NCBI GenBank assembly: GCA_041181225.1
Contig: JBEGPW010000089.1
Coordinates: forward strand, 15,162 to 79,161
Source of the DNA: Actinomycetota bacterium
GTDB taxonomy: Bacteria; Actinomycetota; Actinomycetes; Actinomycetales; Microbacteriaceae
Reading direction: 5' to 3'
Length of the DNA stretch: 64,000 nucleotides
Shown: in pieces, positions 15,802 to 26,246 of the stretch
Layout of the letters: each line of letters opens with the position of its first letter
Numbering within the stretch: the stretch's first letter is position 1
Made by a program: the position numbers and the translations under genes
Notes under the pieces: model-generated
Databases searched by the model: none
What the model saw: the letters and a program-made list of their open reading frames with translations, nothing else
What the model was told of the DNA's origin: nothing

Positions 15802-18800
15802 TTAGACCGAGAAATACTTGGCTTCTGGGTGGTGCAAGACCATCGCATCAGTCGATTGCTCGGGGTGCAGCTGAAGTTCTTCGCTGAGCGTCACGCCGAT
15901 GGATTCTGGCTTGAGCAACTCGACGAGCTTGGTTCGATCTTCGAGATCTGGGCAGGCTGGGTATCCGAAGCTGTAGCGCGCCCCGCGGTAGTCGAGCTTG
16001 AAGTGACCCTCGATTTCGGCAGGATCTTCGGCGCTGAAGCCGAGTTCTTCGCGAATGCGAGTGTGCCAAAACTCAGCCAGTGCTTCAGTTAGCTGCACTG
16101 ACAGGCCGTGAATCTCGAGGTAATCGCGATATTCGTTGGCGGCATAAAGTTTGTTGGCCTCGTCGCTGACGCGCGCGCCCATCGTGACGAGTTGAAAAGG
16201 AACAACATCGACTTTGCCGCTCTCGCGCGAAGCAACGAAGTCACTCAGACAGAGGTGGCGGTCGCGACCCTGACGCGGAAATTTGAAACGAAGACGCTCG
16301 GTGCCAGGAACTCCCCCGGAACCACCGTCGGTAGCGTTTTCGGGTCCGTGATGCAAAATCACAAGGTCGTCACCCTCAGAAACTGCCGGAAAGTACCCGT
16401 AAACCACGGCGGCCTCGAGCCAACCCTCAGACTGAATGCGGTCAAGCCAGGCGCGAAGGCGAGGTCGACCCTCAGTTTCGACGAGCTCCTCATAGCTTGC
16501 GCCATCGTCAGCGCGCGAAGGTTTCAAGCCCCACTGGCCCATAAACGTGGCACGCTCATCTAAGAAGCTTGAATAATCGCGCAGTGGGATGCCCTTGACA
16601 ACGCGCACACCCAAAAATGGTGGGTTCGGAATCTCGTTATCGGTTGCCACGTCGCTGCGGTCGGGCATGAGCTCTGGAACAGTGCGAACCAGCAGGTTCT
16701 TGGGCGCAACGAGTCTTTTCTTGAGCGGAGGCAGTGTCACCGAAGTGTCGCCGCGCTTGATTTTGACGAGGGCGTCCATCAGCCGCAGACCTTCGAACGC
16801 ATCGCGCGCGTAGCGCACTTCACCATCAAAAATCTCAGCGAGGTCTTGCTCAACAAAGCTGCGGGTGAGCGCGGCCCCTCCAAGAATCACCGGGTATTTT
16901 GACGCGATGCCTCGAAGGTTCATTTCTTCGAGGTTTTCTTTCATGATCTGAGTCGATTTGACGAGTAAACCGCTCAAGCCAATTACGTCGACCGCGTTTT
17001 CTTCGGCGGCTTTCAAAATCTCGTTGATTGGCTGTTTAATGCCGATGTTAACGGTCTCAAAGCCGTTGTTGCTAAGGATGATGTCGACAAGGTTTTTACC
17101 GATGTCATGAACGTCACCGCGAACCGTCGCCAGCAAAATGCGACCCTTGCCACTGTCTTCGCTCTTTTCGATGAACGGCTCAAGGTGAGCCACCGCGGTC
17201 TTCATGACTTCTGCCGACTGCAGCACGAAAGGCAACTGCATCTCACCTTTGCCAAAGAGCTCGCCAACCACCTGCATTCCGACGAGTAGGTTGTCGTTGA
17301 TGATGCTCAGAGCCGTTTTGCCCTGGGCCATCGCCTCATCAAGGTCGGGCTCGAGGCCCTTCTTTTCGCCGTCGATGATGCGCTGCTTGAGGCGCTCATC
17401 AAGGGGCATTGCAGCCAGCTCTTCAGCGCGCGACCTGCGGGCCGCGGCAGCATCGATGCCGCTAAACACATCTAAGAATCGGGTCAGTGGGTCATGGGTG
17501 ACGTTGCCCTCGGCGTCGTACTTGCGGCCGTCATAAATCAAATCGAGCGCTGCCTCGAGCTGGTGGGCTGGCACCTGGTTTAGCGGCATGATTCGCGCCG
17601 CGTGAACGATTGCCGAGGTCAGCCCGACTTTGATGCATTCGTGCAGGAACACGGAGTTCAAAACGTGCCGCGCGGCTGGGCTGAGGCCAAACGAGACGTT
17701 TGAGATGCCCAGCGTGGTCTGCACGCCAGGGTAAGCCGCGTTTAGTTGGCGAATCGCCTCAATGGTCTCGATGCCGTCGCGACGGGTCTCGTCTTGACCG
17801 GTTGCAATCGGAAAAGTCAGAGTGTCAACTGTGATGTCAACCAGACGCAAACCCCAGTTGCCGGTGAGGTCGTCGATGAGGCGTTTGGCAATCGCAAACT
17901 TGGTTGCCGCAGTGCGAGCCTGACCCTCTTCGTCAATCGTGAGGGCAACCACGGCAGCGCCATGCTCAACGACCATCGGCATGATGCGACCAAAACGTGA
18001 GGTTGGGCCATCGCCGTCTTCGTAGTTCACCGAGTTGATCATGGCGCGCCCACCCATGCACTCGAGGCCGGCCTCGAGAACGCCAGGTTCGGTGCTGTCT
18101 AAGACCAACGGCAAAGTGGTGGCGGTAGCCAAACGTGAAACCAGCTCGCGCGCGTCACGAGCTCCATCGCGCCCAACATAGTCGACACAAACGTCTAACA
18201 GGTGAGCGCCCTCGCGAGTTTGGCTGCGGGCAATCTCAAGGCACTCATCCCAGTTTTCAGCCAGCAAAGCCTCGCGAAACGCCTTTGAACCATTGGCGTT
18301 GGTGCGCTCGCCGATTGAAAGATAAGTCATGGTCTGGTCAAACGGCTGGTGTTGATAGAGGCTGGCCAAACCAGGTTCGTCAGTGAAGGCTGGGCGCTTT
18401 GGGGTTGCACCCTGAACTTTTGCGGCAAGTTCGGCTATGTGGGCCGGTGTCGTGCCGCAGCACCCACCAACCAAACCGGCTCCGTAGTCGTTGACAAACT
18501 GCAGTTGGGCGGTTGCCAACTCAGAAGGCGTCAAAGGATAATGCGCGCCGTGTGGGCCCAAAATCGGCAGGCCGGCGTTAGGCATAACCACTAGGGGCAG
18601 GGTCGAAAACTTTGAGAGGTAACGAAGGTGCTCGCTCATTTCAGTCGGGCCGGTGGCACAGTTCAAACCGATTGCGTCGATGCCCAGAGCACTCAAAGCC
18701 GTCAGCGCGGCACCAATTTCTGAGCCCATCAACATGGTTCCCGTGGTCTCAATGGTTACCGACACCAAAACCGGTACTTTGTGGCCGAGCTGGGCCATAG

Positions 18801-19338
18801 CTCTCTTGGCACCAATGATTGCGCTTTTGGCCTGCAGAAGGTCTTGAGAGGTCTCAATCAACACTGCGTCGACTCCCCCGCGCAACATGCCGGTCACTTG
18901 AAGTTGATAGGCATCGCGAAGAACAGAGAATTTTTCGTGGCCGAGCGATGGCAACTTCGTTCCAGGGCCCATCGAACCCAAAACCCAACGCGGTTTGTCA
19001 TCGGTAGCAAAATCATCGGCGATTTCACGGGCAACCTTGGCCCCAGCAAAGGCAAGTTCTTCAATGCGATTCTCGATGCCATACTCAGCCAGGTTTGCAA
19101 AGTTAGCGCCAAAAGTGTTGGTCTCAATAGCCTCGGCGCCAGATTTCAGGTATGCAGCGTGAATATGCGCAATAACATCGGGTCGAGTCACGTTGAGAAT
19201 CTCATTGCAACCCTCGTAACCCTGAAAATCGTCGAGCGAAGGGTTAGCTTCTTGAATCATGGTGCCCATGGCACCGTCGGCTACCACCACGCGGTTGCGA
19301 ACAGCGTCGATGAGGGCTTGAGATTGGGAGTTAAACAT
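15802..19338 (-). CDS. metH: cobalamin-dependent methionine synthase
   Basis: 1178 aa with Hcy-binding, pterin-binding, B12-binding (GDVHDIGKN) and AdoMet-activation modules in the canonical order. Confidence 0.95.
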   Translation of the reverse strand: MFNSQSQALIDAVRNRVVVADGAMGTMIQEANPSLDDFQGYEGCNEILNVTRPDVIAHIHAAYLKSGAEAIETNTFGANFANLAEYGIENRIEELAFAGAKVAREIADDFATDDKPRWVLGSMGPGTKLPSLGHEKFSVLRDAYQLQVTGMLRGGVDAVLIETSQDLLQAKSAIIGAKRAMAQLGHKVPVLVSVTIETTGTMLMGSEIGAALTALSALGIDAIGLNCATGPTEMSEHLRYLSKFSTLPLVVMPNAGLPILGPHGAHYPLTPSELATAQLQFVNDYGAGLVGGCCGTTPAHIAELAAKVQGATPKRPAFTDEPGLASLYQHQPFDQTMTYLSIGERTNANGSKAFREALLAENWDECLEIARSQTREGAHLLDVCVDYVGRDGARDARELVSRLATATTLPLVLDSTEPGVLEAGLECMGGRAMINSVNYEDGDGPTSRFGRIMPMVVEHGAAVVALTIDEEGQARTAATKFAIAKRLIDDLTGNWGLRLVDITVDTLTFPIATGQDETRRDGIETIEAIRQLNAAYPGVQTTLGISNVSFGLSPAARHVLNSVFLHECIKVGLTSAIVHAARIMPLNQVPAHQLEAALDLIYDGRKYDAEGNVTHDPLTRFLDVFSGIDAAAARRSRAEELAAMPLDERLKQRIIDGEKKGLEPDLDEAMAQGKTALSIINDNLLVGMQVVGELFGKGEMQLPFVLQSAEVMKTAVAHLEPFIEKSEDSGKGRILLATVRGDVHDIGKNLVDIILSNNGFETVNIGIKQPINEILKAAEENAVDVIGLSGLLVKSTQIMKENLEEMNLRGIASKYPVILGGAALTRSFVEQDLAEIFDGEVRYARDAFEGLRLMDALVKIKRGDTSVTLPPLKKRLVAPKNLLVRTVPELMPDRSDVATDNEIPNPPFLGVRVVKGIPLRDYSSFLDERATFMGQWGLKPSRADDGASYEELVETEGRPRLRAWLDRIQSEGWLEAAVVYGYFPAVSEGDDLVILHHGPENATDGGSGGVPGTERLRFKFPRQGRDRHLCLSDFVASRESGKVDVVPFQLVTMGARVSDEANKLYAANEYRDYLEIHGLSVQLTEALAEFWHTRIREELGFSAEDPAEIEGHFKLDYRGARYSFGYPACPDLEDRTKLVELLKPESIGVTLSEELQLHPEQSTDAMVLHHPEAKYFSV

Positions 19339-19393
19339 AGAACCCTAAGTTTACCTCGCGAGTCGAGGCCGTTTGGCTTGTTAAACTAGAGCA

Positions 19394-20308
19394 ATGCCCT
19401 CCTACCCGTTGCTGCGAAATCAAGTCTCCCCCGCGCCTATCAGCAGCGTCACAGCCCTAATCGAAAACCGCCATGCCGTTGCAGCACCAACCCTTTCGTT
19501 TGAGTTTTTTCCTCCGAAAGATGAAGCTGGCGAGGTTGCCCTGTGGGGCACCTTTAATGAAGTTTTGGCAGTCGGCGCCGACTTTGTTTCAGTAACCTAC
19601 GGTGCCGGTGGTTCAAGCAGCGATCGCACACTAGGCATAGTTGAACGCATGGCTCCTCAAATCACTACCGTGGGTCACCTAACTGCCGTTGGTGCAACCC
19701 GCGCGAGTACTCAAGACGTCATCCGTCGTTTTGAAGCGGCTGGAGTGGCCTCACTTCTGGCTCTTCGCGGCGACCCACCTAAAGACAACCCGAATGCGCT
19801 CGCCGAGGGCGAACTCAAGACCGCCCTAGAACTAGTTCAGCTGGCTGGGGAGGTTTCGTCGCTAGAAGTTGGCGTAGCGGCTTTCCCCGAGGGGCACCCA
19901 GAGTCTCCCGACCTCGCTCACGACGCAATGGTGCTCGCCCTTAAATCGGCTGCCGGAGCTCAGTATGCGATGACTCAGTTATTTTTTAACTTGGATGCCT
20001 ACTTTGCGCTCGCCGAATCTGCGCGAAGTGCTGGAGCCGCGCTGCCAATCATCCCCGGGTTAATGCCGATTAACAACGCCAAACAGGTGATTCGAATGGC
20101 GGCCATGAGTGGCGCGGCGATTCCGGTTGACCTGCTCTCGCGTTTAGAAGTGGCTGATGAGGCAACCGCTCGTCGAATTGGAATGGATTTCACCATCGAC
20201 CTGGGTGTCAAACTTCTTGAAGCTGGAGCCCCGGGCTTGCACATTTTCACCCTAAATCAGTCGGCAGCCGCTCTCGAACTGGCTCGCGGGGTTGGGCTCT
20301 GCTCTTAG
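19394..20308 (+). CDS. metF: methylenetetrahydrofolate reductase
   Basis: 304 aa with MTHFR family signatures (SFEFFPPK, VTYGAGGS, LRGD). Divergent from metH. Confidence 0.9.
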   Translation: MPSYPLLRNQVSPAPISSVTALIENRHAVAAPTLSFEFFPPKDEAGEVALWGTFNEVLAVGADFVSVTYGAGGSSSDRTLGIVERMAPQITTVGHLTAVGATRASTQDVIRRFEAAGVASLLALRGDPPKDNPNALAEGELKTALELVQLAGEVSSLEVGVAAFPEGHPESPDLAHDAMVLALKSAAGAQYAMTQLFFNLDAYFALAESARSAGAALPIIPGLMPINNAKQVIRMAAMSGAAIPVDLLSRLEVADEATARRIGMDFTIDLGVKLLEAGAPGLHIFTLNQSAAALELARGVGLCS

Positions 20309-20361
20309 CGGGATAAGCATCCTGCTCATAAAAGTCGGCCACCCGCTCTAGGGTTAGGTTT

Positions 20362-21054
20362 GTGAATACACTAAACCAACTTGCGGTCTTTGACCTTGAA
20401 ACCACAGGCCTTGACCTGGCAAACTCTAAAATCGTCACCGCCTGCGTTGCGGTAATCGATTCAAACGGAAACCTTGTGGGTGAAGCTTTTGAATGGCTTG
20501 CAAACCCTGGCGTCGAGATTCCAGAAATCGCGGCTAGTGTTCACGGAGTCACGACTGAGTTTGCGGTGGCCAACGGCCGCTCACTGGTCGAGGTCGTCGG
20601 CGAAATAAATGCGAAACTTGCCGAACTTTTTGCCGCTGGAATTCCCGTAGTCGCCTACAACGCGAGCTATGATTTCACCATTTTGAAAAGCAACTCGTTG
20701 GCTTTGGGGCTGGATGCGCTCACCGAACCAATTCCCGTCTTAGATCCGCTGGTTCTCGATCGTCGTTTTGACAAGTGGCGCAAGGGCAAGAGAACCCTTG
20801 GCGCCTCGACTGAGCTTTACGGTGTCGCCCTCGGCGACGACGCCCACAATGCCACAGCCGATGCTATCGCCGCCGGACGCGTTGCCCTTGCTGTGCTCGA
20901 GAAGTTCAAGCTGCTCGAGGAATACTCGTTGACCGAATTGCACGAAAACCAAGTGCTTTGGTCTCGCGAGCAAGATGAGTCTTTCAACAAGTTTCTCGCA
21001 GGCTTGGGCAAGCCACTGATCACCGAATTTGGTTGGCCGGTGCGAAATCTTTGA
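20362..21054 (+). CDS. 3'-5' exonuclease, DnaQ/DEDD family
   Basis: ExoI motif VFDLETTGLD, ExoII YNASYDF, and ExoIII HNATADA. Confidence 0.8.
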   Translation: MNTLNQLAVFDLETTGLDLANSKIVTACVAVIDSNGNLVGEAFEWLANPGVEIPEIAASVHGVTTEFAVANGRSLVEVVGEINAKLAELFAAGIPVVAYNASYDFTILKSNSLALGLDALTEPIPVLDPLVLDRRFDKWRKGKRTLGASTELYGVALGDDAHNATADAIAAGRVALAVLEKFKLLEEYSLTELHENQVLWSREQDESFNKFLAGLGKPLITEFGWPVRNL

Positions 21055-21077
21055 TTGGATGCAGTCTCAACGTTAAA

Positions 21078-21112
21078 TAAAAAATGCACCCCGCGATGGG
21101 GTGCATTTTTTT
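21078..21112. terminator. bidirectional intrinsic terminator (exonuclease gene / rpmE2)
   Basis: AAAAAA-ATGCACCCC-gcgat-GGGGTGCAT-TTTTTT. A perfect 9-bp stem flanked by an A-run and a T-run, between convergent genes. Confidence 0.85.
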
Positions 21113-21138
21113 GAGACCTGATGGCCAAATCAAAAAGA

Positions 21139-21390
21139 CTAGGCGCCAAAACCCTTGTAACGAGCGTTGAAGCGCTCGACGCGACCGGCTGAGTCCATGA
21201 TGCGCTGCTTGCCGGTGTAAAACGGGTGTGATGCCGACGAAATTTCAACGTCGAAAACTGGGTAGCTATTGCCGTCTTCCCACTCGATGGTCTTGGCGCT
21301 GGTTGCAGTTGAACGGGTTAGGAATGCAACACCTGATGCCAAGTCGCGAAAAACAACTTGCTCGTACTTTGGGTGAATGTTTGCCTTCAT
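21139..21390 (-). CDS. rpmE2: 50S ribosomal protein L31, type B (zinc-independent)
   Basis: 83 aa with MKANIHPKY...HPFYTGKQR and no cysteines at all, hence no CxxC zinc motif. Confidence 0.9.
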   Translation of the reverse strand: MKANIHPKYEQVVFRDLASGVAFLTRSTATSAKTIEWEDGNSYPVFDVEISSASHPFYTGKQRIMDSAGRVERFNARYKGFGA

Positions 21391-21500
21391 GAAAGTTGCC
21401 TTCTAAAAATCTAAAAATTGGAGTCGAGAGCTGAATAGCACTAAGGGTAGATTCTAGCAGAAACTATTTTGTCTCGCCAGTCAAATCGACCTTGGTTTTT

Positions 21501-22283
21501 CTATCGAGCGCGGGCGTGAAAACGTCCGTCGTTGAAATCGATGTGTAGCCCGAACCCAAAGGCCTCGCTCACCTTGTCTGAGGTGAGCGTGCTGTGAATT
21601 TCGCCGGCTGAGAAAATTCTGCCGTCTTTTAGAAGGGCAACGTGGGTGAATCCCTCGGGAATTTCTTCTAGATGATGAGTAACCATGACCATTGCCGGGG
21701 CAACCGGCGAGCTGGCGTATTGCCCGAGAATGCCGATTGTCAGCTCTCGAGAAGCCATGTCTAGGCTGGCAACGGGTTCGTCCAGCAGCAAGAGCTCTGG
21801 GTCGGTCATCACGGCTCGAGCGATTTGCACTCGCTTGCGCTCACCGTCGCTCAACGTGCCAAAAGCACGATCTGCCAAGTGAAGCAGGTGCCATTCGTTT
21901 AGCACTCTGCGCGCACGGCGCTCATCGACATCGTCATATTCTTCGTTCCATCGGCCGGTGACCGCATATGCCGCAGTCATGACAGCATTAACCACCGTTT
22001 CAGAGTTAGGAATACGGTTCACAAGAGCGGTTGACGCAAAGCCGATGCGGGTGCGCAACTCGAACACGTTTATTTCACCGAGTTGTTCGCCCAAAATCTT
22101 GGCCGATCCCGAAGACGGTTGAATCTGCGCGGCTGCAACGCGTAGCAGGGTCGTTTTTCCTGCCCCGTTAGCACCGACGATGGCCCAGCGTTGGTTCTCT
22201 TCAACCTTGAAGTCAACATTGTCAAGAATTGGGCGATGCTCGCGCACCACGGTCACATTTTTTAGATCGATCACAACTGACAT
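21501..22283 (-). CDS. stand-alone ABC-type ATPase (no adjacent permease)
   Basis: Walker A GANGAGKTT, signature LSDGERKR, Walker B LLLLDEP. Confidence 0.85.
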   Translation of the reverse strand: MSVVIDLKNVTVVREHRPILDNVDFKVEENQRWAIVGANGAGKTTLLRVAAAQIQPSSGSAKILGEQLGEINVFELRTRIGFASTALVNRIPNSETVVNAVMTAAYAVTGRWNEEYDDVDERRARRVLNEWHLLHLADRAFGTLSDGERKRVQIARAVMTDPELLLLDEPVASLDMASRELTIGILGQYASSPVAPAMVMVTHHLEEIPEGFTHVALLKDGRIFSAGEIHSTLTSDKVSEAFGFGLHIDFNDGRFHARAR

Positions 22284-22311
22284 GTTTTAGAGCCTATGCC
22301 ACCGCGACAGG

Positions 22312-23496
22312 CTATGCGCCGATTGCCTTTTGATACACGCTGATGGTTTGTGCCGCGATTGAATCCCAGCTGAATTTTTCCTCGACCCGCTTGCGACCCG
22401 CAGCCCCAAAAGCTTGCAAATCAGTTTGCTCAAGTGCCTGGTTCAGCGCGGCAGCAAAGTCCCTAACAAATTTGGCTTCGTCAAGCGGCTTGCCGCTTCC
22501 GTCTTGCAACTGTTCGATTTGAACCAAAATGCCGGTCTCTGCGTTGGCAACAACTTCTGGAATTCCGCCAGTTGCGGTTGCAACAACGGGGGTACCGCAG
22601 GCCATGGCTTCAAGGTTTACGATTCCGAGCGGCTCATAAATCGACGGGCAGGCAAATACAGTTGTTGCCGAAAGCACCGCAATGAGTTCTTGGCGACTCA
22701 GGTGTTTCTCAACCCAAATCACGTTGCCACGCACTTTGCGCAGTTCTTCAACCAAGTCGGTTACTGTTTGCAAAATTTCGGGAGTGTCTGGCGCCCCGGC
22801 ACAGAGCACCAACTGAACGTCTGAAGGAAGCTCGCGGGCAGCCTTCAACAGGTAGGGCAAACCTTTTTGTTGGGTGATTCGACCCACAAAAGCCACACTG
22901 CGCTCATCAGGGTTGATTCCGAGAGCTCGAACCAACTCGGGGTTGTCAGCTGCTTGGAATGCCTCAAGGTCTATTCCGTTGTGCACCACCGAAACTTTGG
23001 TTGGGTCTAACTGCGGGTAGGCACGCAGAATGTCGGCTCGCATTCCATGACTAACCGCAATAATGCCGGTTGCGCCCTCATAAGCGGTGCGCTCTATCCA
23101 AGACGACAGACGGTATCCCCCGCCAAGTTGGTCTTCTTTCCATGGACGCAACGGCTCGAGGCTGTGAGCCGTGATTAGATGTGGAATTCCGTGCAGAGCG
23201 CCGGCTACTTGGCCAGCAAAGTTGGCATACCAGGTGTGTGAGTGAACCAGGTCTGAACCGTAAATGTTTGAAACCATGCTCAGATCGGTAGCCATGGTTT
23301 GAAGGGCGGCGTTTTTACCTTCAAATTCAACGAGATTTTCGTATGAAAAAGTATCAGTTTCATTTCGTTCCGCGCCAAAGGCATGAACTTTCACGTCGAT
23401 GTGCTGTCGGAGAACTCTCACTAGTTCAGCGACATGCACGCCCGCGCCACCATAAATTGTTGGAGGATATTCTTTGGTAACGAGGTCGATTCTCAT
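22312..23496 (-). CDS. glgA: glycogen synthase, actinobacterial GT4 type (GlgA/GlgM-like)
   Basis: 394 aa with N-terminal [15 protein letters not shown] and C-terminal [22 protein letters not shown]. Divergent from glgC. Confidence 0.85.
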   Translation of the reverse strand: MRIDLVTKEYPPTIYGGAGVHVAELVRVLRQHIDVKVHAFGAERNETDTFSYENLVEFEGKNAALQTMATDLSMVSNIYGSDLVHSHTWYANFAGQVAGALHGIPHLITAHSLEPLRPWKEDQLGGGYRLSSWIERTAYEGATGIIAVSHGMRADILRAYPQLDPTKVSVVHNGIDLEAFQAADNPELVRALGINPDERSVAFVGRITQQKGLPYLLKAARELPSDVQLVLCAGAPDTPEILQTVTDLVEELRKVRGNVIWVEKHLSRQELIAVLSATTVFACPSIYEPLGIVNLEAMACGTPVVATATGGIPEVVANAETGILVQIEQLQDGSGKPLDEAKFVRDFAAALNQALEQTDLQAFGAAGRKRVEEKFSWDSIAAQTISVYQKAIGA

Positions 23497-23552
23497 GTCT
23501 GTATGTTAGCGGTTGCAATTCGGCGAGCCTAATAGGCAATAGCATTTCGGTT

Positions 23553-24794
23553 ATGGGTGCTTTACGTATTTTTGGAATGGTTCTAGCCGGTGGCGAAGGC
23601 AAACGCCTCATGCCGCTGACCGCTGATCGAGCAAAACCAGCGGTTCCGTTTGGCGGAAGCTATCGATTGATTGATTTTGCTCTTTCAAACCTCATCAACT
23701 CTGGCATGCGGCGAATCGTGGTCTTAACCCAATACAAGTCGCACTCGCTAGACCGTCACATTTCCCAAACTTGGCGCATGTCTCCGCTTCTCGGTGCCTA
23801 TGTTGCTTCGGTGCCAGCGCAGCAACGTCTCGGAAAGCGCTGGTTCAGCGGTTCAGCCGACGCCATTCTGCAGAGCATGAACCTCCTCGGTGACGAAAAT
23901 CCAGACATCGTCGTGGTTGTTGGCGCTGACCACGTGTATCGCATGGATTTTGATCAGATGATCGACGCCCACATCAAGTCAGGCCGTGGAGTAACCGTTG
24001 CAGCAATTCGCCAGCCAATCGCATTAGCTGACCAGTTCGGAGTGATTGAGGTCGACCCCGCTGATCCAACCAAAATTTCAGCGTTCCGAGAGAAGCCAAA
24101 GAATCCGATTGGTTTGCCAGATAGCCCAAATGAGGTTTTAGCCTCAATGGGAAACTACGTTTTTAGCGCAAAAACCCTGATTGAGGCGATCGAACACGAC
24201 GGGACCCTCGAAACTTCCAGCCACGACATGGGTGGCGACATCGTGCCATATATGGTCGGTCGAGATGACGCCGGCGTTTACGACTTCACATTCAATGAGA
24301 TTCCTGGGTCAACCGACCGCGACAAGAGCTACTGGCGCGATGTCGGAACCATAGATTCTTATTACGACGCGCACATGGACCTTATTTCGGTGATGCCGGT
24401 ATTCAATCTTTATAACAACGAATGGCCGATTTTCACCCAGCAAATCAACTTGCCACCGGCAAAGTTTGTTCACGACGGCGAGGGCAATCAAGGGCGCACC
24501 AACGATTCGATTGTTGCTCTGGGAACCGTGATTTCTGGCGGAATCGTTGAGCGAAGCGTTTTGTCGCCAAACGTGAGAGTTCAATCTAGGGCGGTTGTGA
24601 CCGACTCGGTTTTGCTCGACGGCGTTTCAGTCGGCCGAGACGCAACCGTTCGCAAGGCGATTCTCGATAAGTCTGTCGTGGTTGAAGACGGCGCTGCAGT
24701 TGGTGTTGACAAACGGCGCGACCTAGATCGCGGTTTCACGGTGACCGAAACGGGAATCACAGTAGTCGGTAAGGGCGCTGTAGTCTCTGCCTAA
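23553..24794 (+). CDS. glgC: glucose-1-phosphate adenylyltransferase
   Basis: 413 aa with [13 protein letters not shown] and PAVPFGG motifs and a C-terminal left-handed beta-helix region. Confidence 0.9.
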   Translation: MGALRIFGMVLAGGEGKRLMPLTADRAKPAVPFGGSYRLIDFALSNLINSGMRRIVVLTQYKSHSLDRHISQTWRMSPLLGAYVASVPAQQRLGKRWFSGSADAILQSMNLLGDENPDIVVVVGADHVYRMDFDQMIDAHIKSGRGVTVAAIRQPIALADQFGVIEVDPADPTKISAFREKPKNPIGLPDSPNEVLASMGNYVFSAKTLIEAIEHDGTLETSSHDMGGDIVPYMVGRDDAGVYDFTFNEIPGSTDRDKSYWRDVGTIDSYYDAHMDLISVMPVFNLYNNEWPIFTQQINLPPAKFVHDGEGNQGRTNDSIVALGTVISGGIVERSVLSPNVRVQSRAVVTDSVLLDGVSVGRDATVRKAILDKSVVVEDGAAVGVDKRRDLDRGFTVTETGITVVGKGAVVSA

Positions 24795-24820
24795 CCCGGT
24801 TGTCGCCATAAACTTGTTGG

Positions 24821-25492
24821 GTGCCCGAATCAAATTTTTTTGCGGATCCTCGCCTGCCCTACCTTGTGGTTTGCGACGTTGATTCGACACTAATCGAAGA
24901 CGAAGTCATTGAATTGCTTGCCGAGCACGCTGGCAAACGCGATGAAGTGGCAGAGATTACCGAGCGTGCAATGGCAGGGCAACTTGATTTTTCAGCGAGT
25001 TTACGAGAGCGAGTCTCAGTGCTTGCAGGGTTGCCGGAAAGCATTTTTGAGAGCGTCTTTGAACGTATCCGGGTCACTGAGGGTGCTCTCGAGATGATTT
25101 CGGCGGTTCAAGCGGCTGGTGGACACGTTGGTGCTGTTTCAGGGGGTTTCACGCAAATCTTGAACCCGCTAGCGGAATCTCTAGGGCTCGACTTTGCCCG
25201 CGCAAATGAACTTGAAATCCAGGATGGCAGGTTGACCGGCCGCATCTTGGGGCGAATCATCGACCGAACTGCTAAAGCCGAAGCCCTGGTTGAATGGGCT
25301 GAACAGACCGGTGTTTCGTTAGCTCACACTGTAGCGGTTGGCGACGGCGCAAACGACCTGGGGATGATGGCGAAAGCTGGGCTCTCGGTTGCTTTCAACG
25401 CAAAGCCTATTGTTCGCGAGGCCGCCGATGTTGTGCTCGAGGGCAGCCTCGCCAAACTGTTGCCGATCTTGGGTTTAGTGGCCCATTCCTAG
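24821..25492 (+). CDS. serB: phosphoserine phosphatase (HAD-IB)
   Basis: DVDSTLI motif, SGGF, and GDGANDL. GTG start. Confidence 0.8.
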   Translation: MPESNFFADPRLPYLVVCDVDSTLIEDEVIELLAEHAGKRDEVAEITERAMAGQLDFSASLRERVSVLAGLPESIFESVFERIRVTEGALEMISAVQAAGGHVGAVSGGFTQILNPLAESLGLDFARANELEIQDGRLTGRILGRIIDRTAKAEALVEWAEQTGVSLAHTVAVGDGANDLGMMAKAGLSVAFNAKPIVREAADVVLEGSLAKLLPILGLVAHS

Positions 25493-26185
25493 GCCGCCGT
25501 CAACCGGAATAACCGCGCCTGAGATGTAAGCCGCGTCGTCGCCGGCTAGCCAAGTGACAACTTTTGCAACTTCGGTCGGTGAGGCAAAACGACCGGCTGG
25601 AATGCGTTTTTTGTAGTCGGCAATCAACTCTTCTGGCAGTTCGGCAGTCATGTCGGTGTCGATGAATCCTGGGGCCACAACGTTAGCCGTGATTCCGCGT
25701 GTTCCGAGCTCGCGGGTGAGCGAACGAGCCATTCCAACCAGGCCAGCTTTTGCAGCTGAGTAGTTGACCTGGCCGGCGCTGCCAAGAAGACCTACCACGC
25801 TCGAGATGAGAATCACGCGACCAAAGCGAGCCTTTAGCATTCCCTTGGTTGCGCGGCGCACAACCCTGAAAGCGCCCGTCAAGTTGGTGTCGAGAACTTT
25901 TTCGAAGTCTTCATCGGTCATACGAAGCAACAGGGTGTCGCGAGTGATGCCGGCGTTTGCCACGAGCACCTCAACCGGCCCGAGTGCCGCCTCAACTTCG
26001 GCAAAAGCGCGGTCCAGTGACTCGCCATCGGTAACATCTGCGACAACGCTTAGCGTTCCGGTTGGGCCTTCACCGGAGCGCACGGTGACCGCTACGCGGT
26101 GACCCTGAGCCACGAACTCTTCGGCGATCGAGCGGCCGATGCCGCGGTTGCCACCGGTAATTAGAACTGTGCGAGGAGTTGTCAT
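25475..26185 (-). CDS. fabG: 3-oxoacyl-[acyl-carrier-protein] reductase (SDR)
   Basis: TGGNRGIG cofactor motif, NAG, and YSAAK catalytic motif. 236 aa, MabA/FabG-like. Confidence 0.85.
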   Translation of the reverse strand: MTTPRTVLITGGNRGIGRSIAEEFVAQGHRVAVTVRSGEGPTGTLSVVADVTDGESLDRAFAEVEAALGPVEVLVANAGITRDTLLLRMTDEDFEKVLDTNLTGAFRVVRRATKGMLKARFGRVILISSVVGLLGSAGQVNYSAAKAGLVGMARSLTRELGTRGITANVVAPGFIDTDMTAELPEELIADYKKRIPAGRFASPTEVAKVVTWLAGDDAAYISGAVIPVDGGLGMGH

Positions 26186-26246
26186 GATGACCCTTCAGAA
26201 TTTTGCTCGTTGGCTTGCCGACGGAATAGAAACCTAGGCTCGCTGA

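Noticed and set aside
18781-19389. Long antisense ORFs in the six-frame track, for example 18781..19389, 15586..16092, 35700..36242, 40949..41500, 41588..42196, 20817..21248 and 43928..44374
   Set aside because: All lie fully inside, and opposite or out of frame to, strongly supported conserved genes (metH, photolyase, pgi, zwf and others). Their translations are low-complexity and Arg/Ala/Ser/Pro-rich, as is typical of shadow ORFs in GC-rich DNA.
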